Positions 1 to 9,749 of a stretch of 64,000 nt of DNA are shown here, one piece after another. Where the stretch lies: NCBI GenBank assembly GCA_963843145.1, contig CAWJJC010000027.1, positions 1 to 64,000 of the forward strand, in the 5' to 3' direction. Positions within the stretch are counted from its first letter, which is position 1. Each line of letters starts with the position of its first letter. The notes under the pieces were generated by a model, which saw nothing but the letters and a program-made list of their open reading frames with translations, searched no databases and was not told the origin of the DNA. Source of the stretch: an uncultured delta proteobacterium (GTDB lineage Bacteria; Desulfobacterota; RBG-13-43-22). A program made the position numbers and the translations under genes.

Positions 1-332
1 CATCCTGATCGCGGATACTCTGCGCCATAGTAAATGAATTCCTTCTCTTCTACACTGAAGAAAGTTTGAAAGGTGGTGGCCGCCACCCCATTAAAGAGTT
101 GGTTCTTAGACGTTGGATCATACAAAATCTGAAGACTATTCAAGTCTGGGGTACCATTGTTATTTATGTCATTTATTCTAAAGGTAAATTCCCCACCATT
201 ACCGCTTTGATAAATATCCAAACCGTAGTTACTGAATGTTACTGTATCAGCTCCAACCGATTGCGTCCATGAACATAATGCCACTGCTATGCAAATCACC
301 AAAACAAACTCCCTCAAAGCGTACCTCATCAT
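1..332 (-). CDS. Secreted protein, probably PEP-CTERM type (5' part only; runs off window)
   Basis: Not in ORF track. RBS AAGGGAGG, then MMRYALREFVLVICIAVALCSWTQSVGA (signal peptide)...SGNGGEFTF...TTFQTFFSVEEKEFIY; open to window edge. Sigma-54 promoter and TGT-N11-ACA boxes upstream. Confidence 0.6.
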   Translation of the reverse strand, partial: MMRYALREFVLVICIAVALCSWTQSVGADTVTFSNYGLDIYQSGNGGEFTFRINDINNNGTPDLNSLQILYDPTSKNQLFNGVAATTFQTFFSVEEKEFIYYGAEYPRSG

Positions 333-398
333 GTTTACCCCCCCTCCCTTTTTTTCTTTATATAAGTTGTTTGCAAGCTAACATTTGAAAGCCATATA

Positions 399-488
399 TC
401 ATGCCGTGTGAATCATAATGTAGGCATTCGCACAGAGCGGAAGCGCAAAAAATATTACAAAAAGTAAAATTCCGGTTAATTTTTTCAA
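399..488 (-). pseudogene. Signal-peptide-only remnant of a secreted protein gene (29 aa)
   Basis: GGAGG RBS, TTG start, MKKLTGILLFVIFFALPLCANAYIMIHTA*. Confidence 0.45.
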
Positions 489-594
489 TTTTTACCTCCC
501 ATAAACAGATAAATATCAAAATCCATTGCAAGTAGTAAAAGTAGTATTTTTGTATTTATAGCACGGTATTTTGTATGCTTGAACCAAGTATGTA

Positions 595-610
595 TGCAAT
601 TATTGTTCCA
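595..610 (-). promoter_or_regulatory. Sigma-54 (-24/-12) promoter
   Basis: Minus strand TGGAACAATAATTGCA = GG-N10-GC. Confidence 0.7.
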
Positions 611-689
611 GACTTCCGTTATCGTCATAACTTATAGAATTAACAACATTTTTATAAAAATGCCAATATGCTATCGAAAAGCCAAGAGA

Positions 690-781
690 TGTAAGGTTTC
701 CCGACATAAATTTGCGTTTATTTATAACACTTTGATTTATTTAGAAATATAGAATTCATGATATTGTAAAGTTTTCCGACA
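690..781. promoter_or_regulatory. Two enhancer-binding-protein sites TGT-N11-ACA (PrsR-like)
   Basis: TGTAAGGTTTCCCGACA (690-706) and TGTAAAGTTTTCCGACA (765-781), upstream of the sigma-54 promoter. Confidence 0.6.
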
Positions 782-986
782 AATCCGCTGATTATTAAAC
801 TTCTTGATTGAAGACGGGGCATCTTCCGGGAATCAAGACCTAAAAAATATTATAAAAAATAAAGATTTGTTGCTATGGGAAAAAGAGGAATTTGATGTAC
901 TCCCCATTGTAGGACAAAAGACGATGTTGGATTGGATCTATTGCATTTCTTAATATCCTTGTCAAGCGGAAAGTTTTCATTTTGAG

Positions 987-1150
987 ACAACCAAAGACAA
1001 AAGACGATCTCTCACAGAGCCCACAGAGATCGCAGAGAATAAATAATTTTGAAAAATCGGCGTCTTAGCTATTTTTCAAAAAGTAAATTCGTCTTTCCCT
1101 GCGTCCTCGTCGGATTCGAGCGAAGCGGGCGAGAGATAAAAAGAACACCC
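987..1150 (+). repeat. Internally deleted copy of the ~390-bp MITE family
   Basis: Matches segments of 5944-6333 (aaagacgatctctcacagagcccacagagatcgcagag...cgagcgaagcgggcgagagataaaaagaac). Confidence 0.75.
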
Positions 1151-1176
1151 CACTCCTTCCGGCCGCAAAAGGGAAG

Positions 1177-1200
1177 GGGGACGTTGTTCACTCCATTCAG
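1177..1200 (+). repeat. RAYT-associated end motif GGGGACGTTGTTCACTCCATTCAG
   Basis: Variants at 5146, 10788, 20472; degenerate inverted copy overlaps the RAYT stop (gaatgaaatgaac, 2224-2236). Confidence 0.7.
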
Positions 1201-1242
1201 AAATATATTTACAGGAGAAGCCAAAGAGAGTAGTAAGGTCCT

Positions 1243-2229
1243 ATGCCAAGGCACGCCCGTTTAGATGTCCCCGGTACCCTGCACCATGTCATGGTCCGGG
1301 GGATCGAGGGGACCAATATCTTCCAGGATGAGGAAGATCGCCAGGCCTTCATTGATCGGATCAGGTCCCTGGTCCGGGAAACCGGGACCCGTATTCTGGC
1401 CTGGGCGCTAATGGACAATCACGTTCATTTGTTGTTGATCAGCGGACCAGCCGGGCTGCCGACTTTTATGCGGCGCTTGTTGACGGGGTATGCCGTCGGC
1501 TTTAATCGGAAGCATAGCCGATTCGGACACCTGTTCCAGAACCGTTATAAATCCATCTTATGTGAGCTGGATCCGTATCTGCTGGAGTTGGTCCGCTATA
1601 TTCACCTCAATCCCCTCCGGGCGGCGGTAGTCAAGGACCTGGAGGAATTGGAAAATTATGCCTGGTGCGGTCATGGGGCCTTGACCGGCCGGCAGAAGAA
1701 CGACTGGCAGGAAAAAGATTTTGTGCTCGGCTTTTTCGGGGGCAAAGAAAAGAAGGCCATTAAGGCTTACCGGGAATTCATGGAAGCGGGGAAAGATCTG
1801 GGTCCCAGGCCGGAGCTGGTCGGCGGCGGATTGATCCGCAGTCTGGGGGGCTGGTCGGCCGTATTGTCTCTCCGGCAACAAGGCGAAAGGGAGGCCTATG
1901 ATGAGCGGATCCTCGGGGGCGGCGATTTCGTCCAGGCGGTCCTGGAAGAGGCGGATCAAAAATTGGCCCGGCAAATTCGAGCCCGGGAAAAAACAGGGTC
2001 CTTGGCCCGAATCATTAAAGAACGCTGCCGGGAAGCCGGGGTCAATGAGCAGGAATTGAGATCCGGGAGCCGCCGCCGGGCCGTATCGGAACTTCGACGA
2101 AGCCTCTGTGTTTATTTATACCGGGAACTGGGGATCCCCCTGGCGGAGATCGCCCGGCAGGTGGGGGTGGGGACCAGCGGAGTGGCCATGGCGATTAAGG
2201 GGTTGGAAGCGGGAAATAAAAACGAATGA
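1243..2229 (+). CDS. RAYT-type Y1 HUH transposase with C-terminal HTH
   Basis: MPRHARLDVPGTLHHVMVRGIE start, HUH motif MDNHVHLL, GHLFQNRYKS, catalytic Tyr in VRYIHLNPLRA, C-terminal LAEIARQVGV. Confidence 0.9.
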   Translation: MPRHARLDVPGTLHHVMVRGIEGTNIFQDEEDRQAFIDRIRSLVRETGTRILAWALMDNHVHLLLISGPAGLPTFMRRLLTGYAVGFNRKHSRFGHLFQNRYKSILCELDPYLLELVRYIHLNPLRAAVVKDLEELENYAWCGHGALTGRQKNDWQEKDFVLGFFGGKEKKAIKAYREFMEAGKDLGPRPELVGGGLIRSLGGWSAVLSLRQQGEREAYDERILGGGDFVQAVLEEADQKLARQIRAREKTGSLARIIKERCREAGVNEQELRSGSRRRAVSELRRSLCVYLYRELGIPLAEIARQVGVGTSGVAMAIKGLEAGNKNE

Positions 2230-2415
2230 AATGAACCAAGGGCCGTTCATCTATACGGAAATCGGTTCAGACCAAGATCATCGAAGATTCAAAAAAGCAA
2301 TAAGGGGGGCAAAGGGTCTGTATGAATTTGAGGAGCCGTTTAAATCGTTAGCACGGGGATGGCTGCAGGAAGATCTTGAAACTAACAATAGATCCATGGA
2401 CAAGGAGCAAAATGT

Positions 2416-2664
2416 ATGAAAAGAAAAAAGTGTAATTTCTGCGGCAGCTTGGAATATGAGGACCTTAGGACCGAGTATCTTTATTCGTATAAAGGAAATT
2501 ATCTCCTTGTCCCCAACACCCCAGTCGAGGTTTGTTTGAATTGTGGTATGGTCTATTACGACGCCAAAGTGCTCAAAGAGATCGAAAGGCGGTTCTTTGC
2601 CATCCAGAAGAAAGAAGAAAAGCCAGACGCATATATTGAGCTGCCGCGGCTGGCTTTTGGTTAA
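2416..2664 (+). CDS. YgiT-type zinc-finger protein (MqsA-like antitoxin); only a 3' stub of the upstream toxin remains
   Basis: CNFCGS...PVEVCLNCGMVYY; GGAG RBS; overlaps stub ending ...WLQEDLET... Confidence 0.8.
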   Translation: MKRKKCNFCGSLEYEDLRTEYLYSYKGNYLLVPNTPVEVCLNCGMVYYDAKVLKEIERRFFAIQKKEEKPDAYIELPRLAFG

Positions 2665-2674
2665 TCAGATAATT

Positions 2675-2722
2675 TGCCTATTCCGCTCAAACTGACCACC
2701 GGTTCCGGATAAACTGACCATC
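2675..2722 (+). mobile_element. IS21-family terminal remnant
   Basis: TGCCTATTCCG then two copies of aaactgacca, resembling IS21 subterminal repeats. Confidence 0.5.
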
Positions 2723-2848
2723 CGATAAGAGGGGACGTAAGAGGGGACATCCTATAACGACCCTGTCAAGAGTGGAAAGTCCAGTTGACAATGATCTGAT
2801 TTAATGACAAAATTTTAAGAAAAAGCTTATTTTGAGGGAGCTTTAATC

Positions 2849-3058
2849 ATGCCTATTACCTTTCAAGAAGCATTGGATACGATCGAATCCTTGCCGGAAT
2901 ACCAGCAGGAAGACCTGATCGATATCATTCGTCGTAGATTAATTGAGCAAAAAAGGGACACCTTGGTCCTCCGTGTTCAGGAGGCCAGGGCCGAATACGC
3001 CCAGGGAAAGACAAAAGAAGGAACCGTGCAAGAGCTGTTGAGTGATCTCTCCCAATGA
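2849..3058 (+). CDS. Putative antitoxin
   Basis: 69 aa acidic helical protein overlapping the RelE-like toxin start (ATGA). Confidence 0.75.
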   Translation: MPITFQEALDTIESLPEYQQEDLIDIIRRRLIEQKRDTLVLRVQEARAEYAQGKTKEGTVQELLSDLSQ

Positions 3059-3339
3059 GAAAACTTATTTGGGGCAAGACCTTCATCCGGGCGGTAAAAC
3101 GGGCAAACCGCCGACACCCAGACCTGTTGGAGATTTTGCCAACCACGTTGCAGCTCTTATCCGAGGACCCCTTTGCCCCTCCATTAGAAACGCACAAACT
3201 TAAAGGGAAGTTGTCCGGTTCCTGGGCCTGTAAGGTGGGATACGACCTGCGTATTATTTTTGATTTTCTCAAAACCCAGGAGCAGGGGGAAGATCATATC
3301 TTACTTCTCGAACTTGGATCCCACGAGGAGGTTTATTAG
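3055..3339 (+). CDS. RelE/YafQ-family mRNA interferase toxin
   Basis: THKLKGKLSGSWACKVGYDLRIIF...LGSHEEVY. Confidence 0.9.
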   Translation: MRKLIWGKTFIRAVKRANRRHPDLLEILPTTLQLLSEDPFAPPLETHKLKGKLSGSWACKVGYDLRIIFDFLKTQEQGEDHILLLELGSHEEVY

Positions 3340-3379
3340 GAAAGAAAAGGGGTCACCCATTAAAAGGCCTCTGTCAAGA

Positions 3380-3802
3380 GAAAAGACAATCCCGGCTGCA
3401 AGAAAGAGCATTTTTTCTTACAGAGTCTGGACCTGATAGAACGATTCCCAGGCCCCCAACTCCTTTACCATTGCTGAAATTTCAAAGGTTGTGGTGTCAG
3501 CATTCTTCTTCACTGCACCGGTCACCCATCAGGATCAAGGTCATGGAAAGATATCGCGGGTACCAGTACACCGCTTTACAGTATTTCCTTAAGACCCCTT
3601 CCGCTATTAGCGGACCAGAAAATCTTCAGTACCAGACCGCGCCCAAAGGTTCAGTGACAAATCTCGTGGTTAAAGACCAACCCGTTACTGGTTCAGGGTC
3701 TGGGCAGTAAAAAACCTGGAAGCCTTTTGGGTGGAGCGGACGGCCAATCAAATCTCGTGGTTTTACCAACCCCAAATCAGGACTCGCCGCTCCAGCCAAC
3801 TC
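3380..3802 (-). ncRNA. Putative IS110 bridge/seek RNA
   Basis: Stem-enclosed loops at 3732-3794 (AGATTTGA and GGGGT, target match) and 3652-3690 (near copy); ATGGGTGA at 3522-3529 (donor match). Confidence 0.65.
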
Positions 3803-4822
3803 TTAGGCAAAGACCTTATCGGAATCAAAGGGTACTTGATCCCGCATCACAAAATAAGCCGCCCGGGCCAGTTTATGAGCCAGCGCGCTGTGGGCCACCA
3901 TGAAGTTGGTCTTCGTCGATTTCTTATTGTAGTAAGCCCTGGCCGGATTTTCGTAACGGCGAGCCAATTCAGCCGCCTCCGAGAAGGCCCAAGCCAGGTA
4001 TTTGTTGCCGTTCTTCTTATTCCCTTTCCCCTTGGTCTTTTGGTTGCTGGTCCATTGAGTCGGCACCTTCCGACAGTACGATACATAGTTGCCCACCCTG
4101 GTGAACCGTTCTATCGGACCCGTTTCCAGCATGATGGTCAGGGATAATATCTTGCCCACCCCGTCAATGGTTTGGAGGTATTTGTAGGGGGCCTTCAACT
4201 CCACCTTGTCTTCCACAAATTTTTCTACTTGTTTTATTTGCCGGGTCAGGAAGTCAATGGTCTCCTTGCTGACCCTCCCGCTCAACGCCAGGTCTTCATT
4301 CCCTTCCAAAATTGGAGACACCTCATCCTTTCTAAGCCGTTTCATCTTATTGGCGCTTAATTTTACCCCGCTATTCCGGCTGATAATATTCTGCAAACTG
4401 AGCAGAAGCGAGGTTCTCAGCCGGACGAGATGTCCTCTCTTTCTCAATAAGTCCCGGACCGGCCGCTCTTCTTTGGGATAGATAAAGCCCTCCGGTAAAA
4501 TTCCTAAGCGCAGCATCTCCGCCAGCCAAAAGGCATCATGTTGATCATCGGCGTGCTTTAACCCCGAATACTGTTCCATCGCCGCAGGATTGGCTAAATG
4601 CACCTGGTAGCCTGCACCCATCAACGTATCCACCAGCCAGTACCAGTTAAAGGTCGATTCGACGACGATACCCACCAACTCTTTCTGAAACGGCTTCAAA
4701 ACTTCCAAGATCACTTGGGGATCATTAGGAAGTCTTTTCTTGAATACCCTTTTCCCTTGCTTATTGATAATTCCCAAATAATTGTTGTTGCCATGGAGAT
4801 CAACTCCCGCATACACTTTCAT
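3803..4822 (-). CDS. IS110-family DEDD transposase/recombinase
   Basis: YAGVDLH, VVESTFNW, KHADDQHDA; C-terminal GVGKIL...PTQWTS and KNGNKYLAWAF. Confidence 0.93.
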   Translation of the reverse strand: MKVYAGVDLHGNNNYLGIINKQGKRVFKKRLPNDPQVILEVLKPFQKELVGIVVESTFNWYWLVDTLMGAGYQVHLANPAAMEQYSGLKHADDQHDAFWLAEMLRLGILPEGFIYPKEERPVRDLLRKRGHLVRLRTSLLLSLQNIISRNSGVKLSANKMKRLRKDEVSPILEGNEDLALSGRVSKETIDFLTRQIKQVEKFVEDKVELKAPYKYLQTIDGVGKILSLTIMLETGPIERFTRVGNYVSYCRKVPTQWTSNQKTKGKGNKKNGNKYLAWAFSEAAELARRYENPARAYYNKKSTKTNFMVAHSALAHKLARAAYFVMRDQVPFDSDKVFA

Positions 4823-5336
4823 AAGGCACCTCCTAGGGTTTGATTGATGCGCTTTCCCTAAGCATACCAGGATTAACTTTCTCTTGGTATCTGCGAGGTG
4901 CCTTTTATATGATTATCAAATCTTTAATGTTGACAATTAGGTTTCAATTTGGGGAGACCGGGACGTTGGTGCGCAGAGTTCTCAAAAAAGAGAAGCCAAG
5001 GGTGTGAGGAGGGAATCGATAGTATACGGGAAGGTTACTTCACCGCTTCCTTGGCGAAAACGCCGGGCATAACGAGGCATTTGCCCCTTAAGAAATCGGT
5101 AACGGAACGTTATCTAAAGGAAACTAAAGGGCTTTTAAAATAAAAGGGTACGTTGTTCACTTCATTCAGTAAGTCTCTGGGCTTTTTGGCCTATAAGGGG
5201 GCGGGATCGGGAGAAAGACTTTTTTTTTACGCGGATGGACACGGATACTGCTCATTTCTCAAGAAATCGGGCATTCGATTTCTATCAATAACAGAAAAGT
5301 CTTGATTTTAGACATGTAACTGTATATAGTCACATT

Positions 5337-5558
5337 ATGACCCAACGGGAAAAGCTTTTAGCCCGAGCCATGAGCAACCCGAAGGATCTTTCCTTCGGTG
5401 AATTTCAAACACTTTTACGCCAGGCGGGATGGACCTTCGATCACCAAAAAGGGAGCCATCAAATTTGGTACTCCCCGACCCGGTATCGACTCTCTATTCA
5501 GGAAGGCCGGAGCGGGAAAGCCAAGGGCTATCAGGTCGAGCAATTCCTGGGGCAATAG
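5337..5558 (+). CDS. hicA: HicA-family toxin (possibly with premature TAG)
   Basis: GWTFDHQKGSHQIWY...KAKGYQVEQF; frame continues EVENEKA after the TAG. Confidence 0.85.
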   Translation: MTQREKLLARAMSNPKDLSFGEFQTLLRQAGWTFDHQKGSHQIWYSPTRYRLSIQEGRSGKAKGYQVEQFLGQ

Positions 5559-5568
5559 GAGGTTGAAA

Positions 5569-5913
5569 ATGAAAAAGCCTGATCGGTTCGACGGATATAC
5601 CGTCAATGTGTTTTTGGATGAGGATGGGGAATATCTGGCTCATTTTGTTGAGTTGCCAAACGTATCCGCCTTTGGGGAATCGCCGGAAGAGGCGCTAAGC
5701 GAGCTGACCACGGCCTGGGAAGGCGTGAAGGAAAGTTACAAAAAGCACGAAGAACAGGTTCCTGTGGCACCGGCGAGAAAGAAATACAGTGGTCAATTCA
5801 ACGTTCGACTCGATCGGCGGATACACCGCGCCCTGGCCATTGAGGCGGCCAAAGCCGGTATATCCTTAAATGCCATCGTCTCGCAGAAGCTGGCCAAAAA
5901 CACTCCGGCATAG
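5569..5913 (+). CDS. hicB: HicB-family antitoxin
   Basis: AFGESPEEAL...YSGQFNVRLDRRIHRALAIEA...SLN; GGAGG RBS before ATG 5569. Confidence 0.9.
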   Translation: MKKPDRFDGYTVNVFLDEDGEYLAHFVELPNVSAFGESPEEALSELTTAWEGVKESYKKHEEQVPVAPARKKYSGQFNVRLDRRIHRALAIEAAKAGISLNAIVSQKLAKNTPA

Positions 5914-5943
5914 GGAGATAGGATTTGGGCTTTTTCTTGGGCA

Positions 5944-6333
5944 TATTAACGGTCTCAAAATAATATTGACAGGGTTCCTTAACGTCGCCAGTAACAACCA
6001 AAGACAAAAGACGATCTCTCACAGAGCCCACAGAGATCGCAGAGAATAAATAATTTTTGATTGCCGCTGAGGGGCCGGCAATCAAAAAAAGTCTCCCGCC
6101 CCACTAAAAAAGGGTATTGGCCGTAGGCCTTCAGGAAATGTTTCATGGCCGAAGGCCTTTAGCGGCTAGGAAACATTTCCTCGCCGGAGGCGTGAGTTGT
6201 TTTGAAAAATCGGCGTCTCAGCGATTTTTCAAAAAAGAGATTCGTCTTTCTCTGCGCCCTCTGCGAACTCGAGCGAAGCGGGCGAGAGATAAAAAGAACA
6301 CCCAGTGCAAATACAATTATGAGACTGTTAATA
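5944..6333 (+). mobile_element. MITE with TIR TATTAACGGTCTCA / TGAGACTGTTAATA and internal palindromes
   Basis: Related copies at 987, 20015 and 34107-36440; same TIR at 21691-21853. Confidence 0.7.
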
Positions 6334-6512
6334 CCTCCCCTGTAGGCCTGACGGACGGGGCAAGAGGGAAGATGGGAGATGGAAGCGATTAGCTGCATGG
6401 GTCGTTAATTACCCCTTTATTTTGAGAGGAACTTGACGGAATAAAGCAACCGGAAAGGGCCATAAAACGGGGGTAATTAACAAAAGGAATGGCGGGATTC
6501 GAGGATTTTTGA

Positions 6513-6764
6513 TCACGATAAACCAACCGGTGGAAGTAGCGTAGTAGGGGGGTCCGAGTCGGGATAGAACCCGATGCGACGGTGAGTGAGACCATTGCGG
6601 GAGAGTATCCGGTGGATGGAACTGACCGAGGGCAACGGTTGGATCCCCAGTAGGTTCAAGCGTTGGCGAATGGCTATCGCCCCACAAGGCAACCCCCGGT
6701 TATAGAGATACAGCCTTTTCCAGACAATCAACTGTTCGATTTCGGCAGGGAGGAAACGGGCCAT
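6513..6764 (-). CDS. Small HTH-like transposon-associated protein
   Basis: CGAIAIRQRL...PLPSVSSIHRILSRNGL resembles transposase HTH segments. Confidence 0.55.
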   Translation of the reverse strand: MARFLPAEIEQLIVWKRLYLYNRGLPCGAIAIRQRLNLLGIQPLPSVSSIHRILSRNGLTHRRIGFYPDSDPPTTLLPPVGLS

Positions 6765-6827
6765 AGACCCTCCGGGAAAGACCCGGGTCCGGGGAACGGT
6801 TAAGTCCCCCCAACCCGGGAAGAGCAG

Positions 6828-7631
6828 TTACCCTTCGAGATTTTTCACCTTGAGGACCATGTCGGCGGTAACGGTGCGTTTCTCAGCGAAGAGGGCATAG
6901 GTGAGGGCCGCTTCGGTGACGGCGCCGATTTTCCGGGGGATGCCGAAGCTGACCTCATGGACGGCCCGGAGGGCCTGCTCGTCGAGGAGCGGTTCCCGGG
7001 CGCCGGCCAGTTGGAGGTGATGAGCCACATAGTTTTTGGTTTCTTCGGGTTGGAGACCGGGGAGATGGTAGCGGATGGCAATCCGCTGCTGGAAGGGCTC
7101 CATGACGGCAAAGTCCATGATCCTTCTCAGGTCGGACTGGCCGGAGAGGATGAGGATAAAGGGGTCATAGGAGTCCATTTTGAAGTTGGTCAGGAGCCGG
7201 AGTTCTTCCAGGGGGCCGGTTTGGAGGAGATGGGCCTCGTCGATGATCAGGAGGATGGTTTTTCCGGCCTGCTCTTTGGAGTCCAGGAGGGTTTTCTGGA
7301 TCTGGAGGTAGATGGCGCTTTTGGAGAGTCGGGTGGGCAGGCCCAGGAGCCGGTTGAGATGATACAAGAGATCGGCCCGGCTGAGGGTGGACAGGGGGGT
7401 GTAGATGGGTCGGAAGAGGTTTTCATTGAGCCGGTCCACATAGGCCCGCAGGGCCAGGGTTTTGCCTACCCCGGGATCGCCGGTGAGCAGCAGGATGCCG
7501 CCCCGACGCTTGATATATTCCAGACGGGCGAAGCACTCTTTCAACGGTTCCGTTTCGAAGAGGTCCTGGGTTTTCAGGTTCTTGTCGAAGGGGAAACGCT
7601 TGAGGCCGAACCAGGCCAGGAGATCTTTCAT
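6828..7631 (-). CDS. ExeA-like AAA ATPase (transposition helper)
   Basis: Walker A GDPGVGKT, Walker B IIDEAH, GIPRKI. Confidence 0.9.
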   Translation of the reverse strand: MKDLLAWFGLKRFPFDKNLKTQDLFETEPLKECFARLEYIKRRGGILLLTGDPGVGKTLALRAYVDRLNENLFRPIYTPLSTLSRADLLYHLNRLLGLPTRLSKSAIYLQIQKTLLDSKEQAGKTILLIIDEAHLLQTGPLEELRLLTNFKMDSYDPFILILSGQSDLRRIMDFAVMEPFQQRIAIRYHLPGLQPEETKNYVAHHLQLAGAREPLLDEQALRAVHEVSFGIPRKIGAVTEAALTYALFAEKRTVTADMVLKVKNLEG

Positions 7632-8885
7632 GACCGGACCTTTTTCTTATGGAAGGAGAGCTGGGTGTTGACCTGCTGGGGCCGGAAGGTGCGGGCATTT
7701 TCCCTTTTGTCGAGGAGCTTGATCCGGCCCACTCGCACCCCGTTATCGTAGAGGTAAAGCTCCTGGGGATCATCCACCGGATGACGGAGCTCGATCTTCT
7801 GGCGGATATAGGCGGCCGGCACTTCATAGAGAGCGCCTTTGAAGCTGATGGTGGCGTCATTATTGACCACCCGCTCGTGACGGACGAGGAAGATCTCATC
7901 CAGTTCGGCCTTGGAGAGCCGGCGGATCTCTACCCGGGCGACCGCGGACTGGTAACGGTCCATCGGGCTTTCCCCGAGGCCGCTATGGAGTTTGTGGTGG
8001 TAATCCTCCTGGAGCCAGAGCCAGAAGGCCTGGTTGAGTTCGGCCAGGCTGATCCCGGCCTGGATCCCGGCCAGGAAGCGGTCCCTGACCGTGCGGAAGA
8101 ATCGTTCCACCTTGCCGCGGGAGGGACTGTCGTAGGGTTTGGAGTGGATCAGGGAGATGCCGGCCAGGGCGCAGCTTTTGGCCAGCAAGTCCGAGGAAAA
8201 GGTGGGGCCGTTATCGAAATAGAGGCGCTTGGGGAGACCGTAACTCAGGAAGGCGTCCTTGAGGACGGGGGTCAGGGCGCTGATGGTCTCGGAGGCGTTG
8301 AAGGCCTGGCCCACCACCAGACGGGAGTGATCGTCGATAATCGCGCACAAGATGGCCTTGTGGGAGCGGTTGCCGGCCCGGACCTGGGGGCCGTGGAGGA
8401 AGTCGCCGATCCATAAATCATTGACCTGTTCCACCTCGAAGGCCTTGCGGACATCGGTGCGTTGTCTGCACCGGGAGCCAGCCCTTCATTTTAACCAGGC
8501 GCAGGACCGTATTGTAGTGGACGGGGGGATCGCCCAGGAGATGCAATTCCCCCAGCGTTTCATAAAGTTTCTGGACCGAGTAGTGGGGGTAGGCCTTGGC
8601 TTGGACCTCGATCGCCATTTGTAAGGAATCCTCCAGACGCCGGGGTCGGCCGCCGTCGGAGCGCTTCCGGGGTTTAAGGGCCTCAAAGCCCTGCCGACGG
8701 TATTTGCGGAGCCAGGTCTTCAGGGTGGAGACGCGGATCTTCCTGACCCCGTACCGGGGAAAGGTCAATTCCTGCCCGGCCTGTTTCCGGAAGTAGTCGT
8801 TCTGGGCCCGGGCCGGTTCGGCCAATACGGGGGAGATGATCTGATAACGTTTGAGGGCGATTTTTTCTCGGATGTCTTCTTCCAT
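7628..8885 (-). pseudogene. DDE integrase-core transposase with Mu-type C-terminus, frameshifted near 8430-8460
   Basis: Two ORFs: HTH N-terminus, then LWIGDFLHG, IIDDHSR, YFDNG, GKVERFFRTV. Confidence 0.85.
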
Positions 8886-9111
8886 GGGTTGTTCCTCCTA
8901 AGAGTTTTTTTTGGGGTTTGTACCCCGTTCGTGAACCCAGGAATAACCCATTCTGTTCCCGGCCGTTAGCAAGGTTGTGTAAAACCATTTCCCGAAACCG
9001 GGTGCTGGATTGTTGATGGGGGGGTGGTTGGAGCAACGGGAGAGATAGACCGGCCGAAACCAGATCCCTTTAGGGGTTGGTTCGGGGGCGCCGGGGGTCG
9101 GTTGGACCTGT

Positions 9112-9749
9112 TTAGGAGGCCCCGGAGCGCTTAGGCCCCCGCTGTTGAGCAGGGGTTCCCCACAGAAACCGTTTGGTGGTCCGACTGAAGCGATTGATGA
9201 GGTCCTGAAGCCTTGGACCCCAGCGGATCTCCGGGTTCCAGCCCAGGGAGAGGAAGTAGGCGGCGACTTCCTCCCAGGCTGCGCCGGGGCGCTGGGCCGT
9301 CCGGATACCGCTCAGGTCGTACCAGTGTCTCAGCACGGCGTGGGCACGCTGAAGTCCGCTGCGTACCAACACCAGCCAGCAGGCCACCAGCCAAGGGGTG
9401 ACCAGGCTGTCCGGGTCCACCGCCAAGACGGCGCCTTGAAAACCCTGTTCCCCTTGCTGCCGGGAGGCCAGGCCCAAAAGCAGGGCGCCGATGATGGCCG
9501 CCAACGTGTATTGGCAATAGGGGGCCAACTGGGTCGGCAACAGGGAAAACGTTAGCCGCAGAAGACGGCAGAGAAAACGGGCCACCGGAATCCGCTCTTT
9601 CTTGAACTCCGGAAAGAGCTCTTGGGCATAACGCCAGTAGCAAGGAATCGACTGATAGCAATCCGGACGATGGCAGAGGGGACAGTCCGGTCCCAAAAAG
9701 GCGAAAAAATTAATCTGACCGGACTTCGAATGATTCCTTGTATTCCCAA
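9112..9749 (-). pseudogene. Transposon-associated Zn-finger (DUF6431-like) protein, frameshifted near 5' end
   Basis: CPLCHRPDC...RFLCR...TFSLLPTQLAPY. Confidence 0.6.

Larger units (their letters stand above)
3353..4918 (-). mobile_element. IS110-family element with long downstream non-coding region
   Basis: TCA core at both ends. Joining the ends gives TTGACA-17-GATAAT. Empty site GGGGTCAAATCTTTAATGTTGACAA resembles motifs at 15888 and 16386. Confidence 0.85.
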
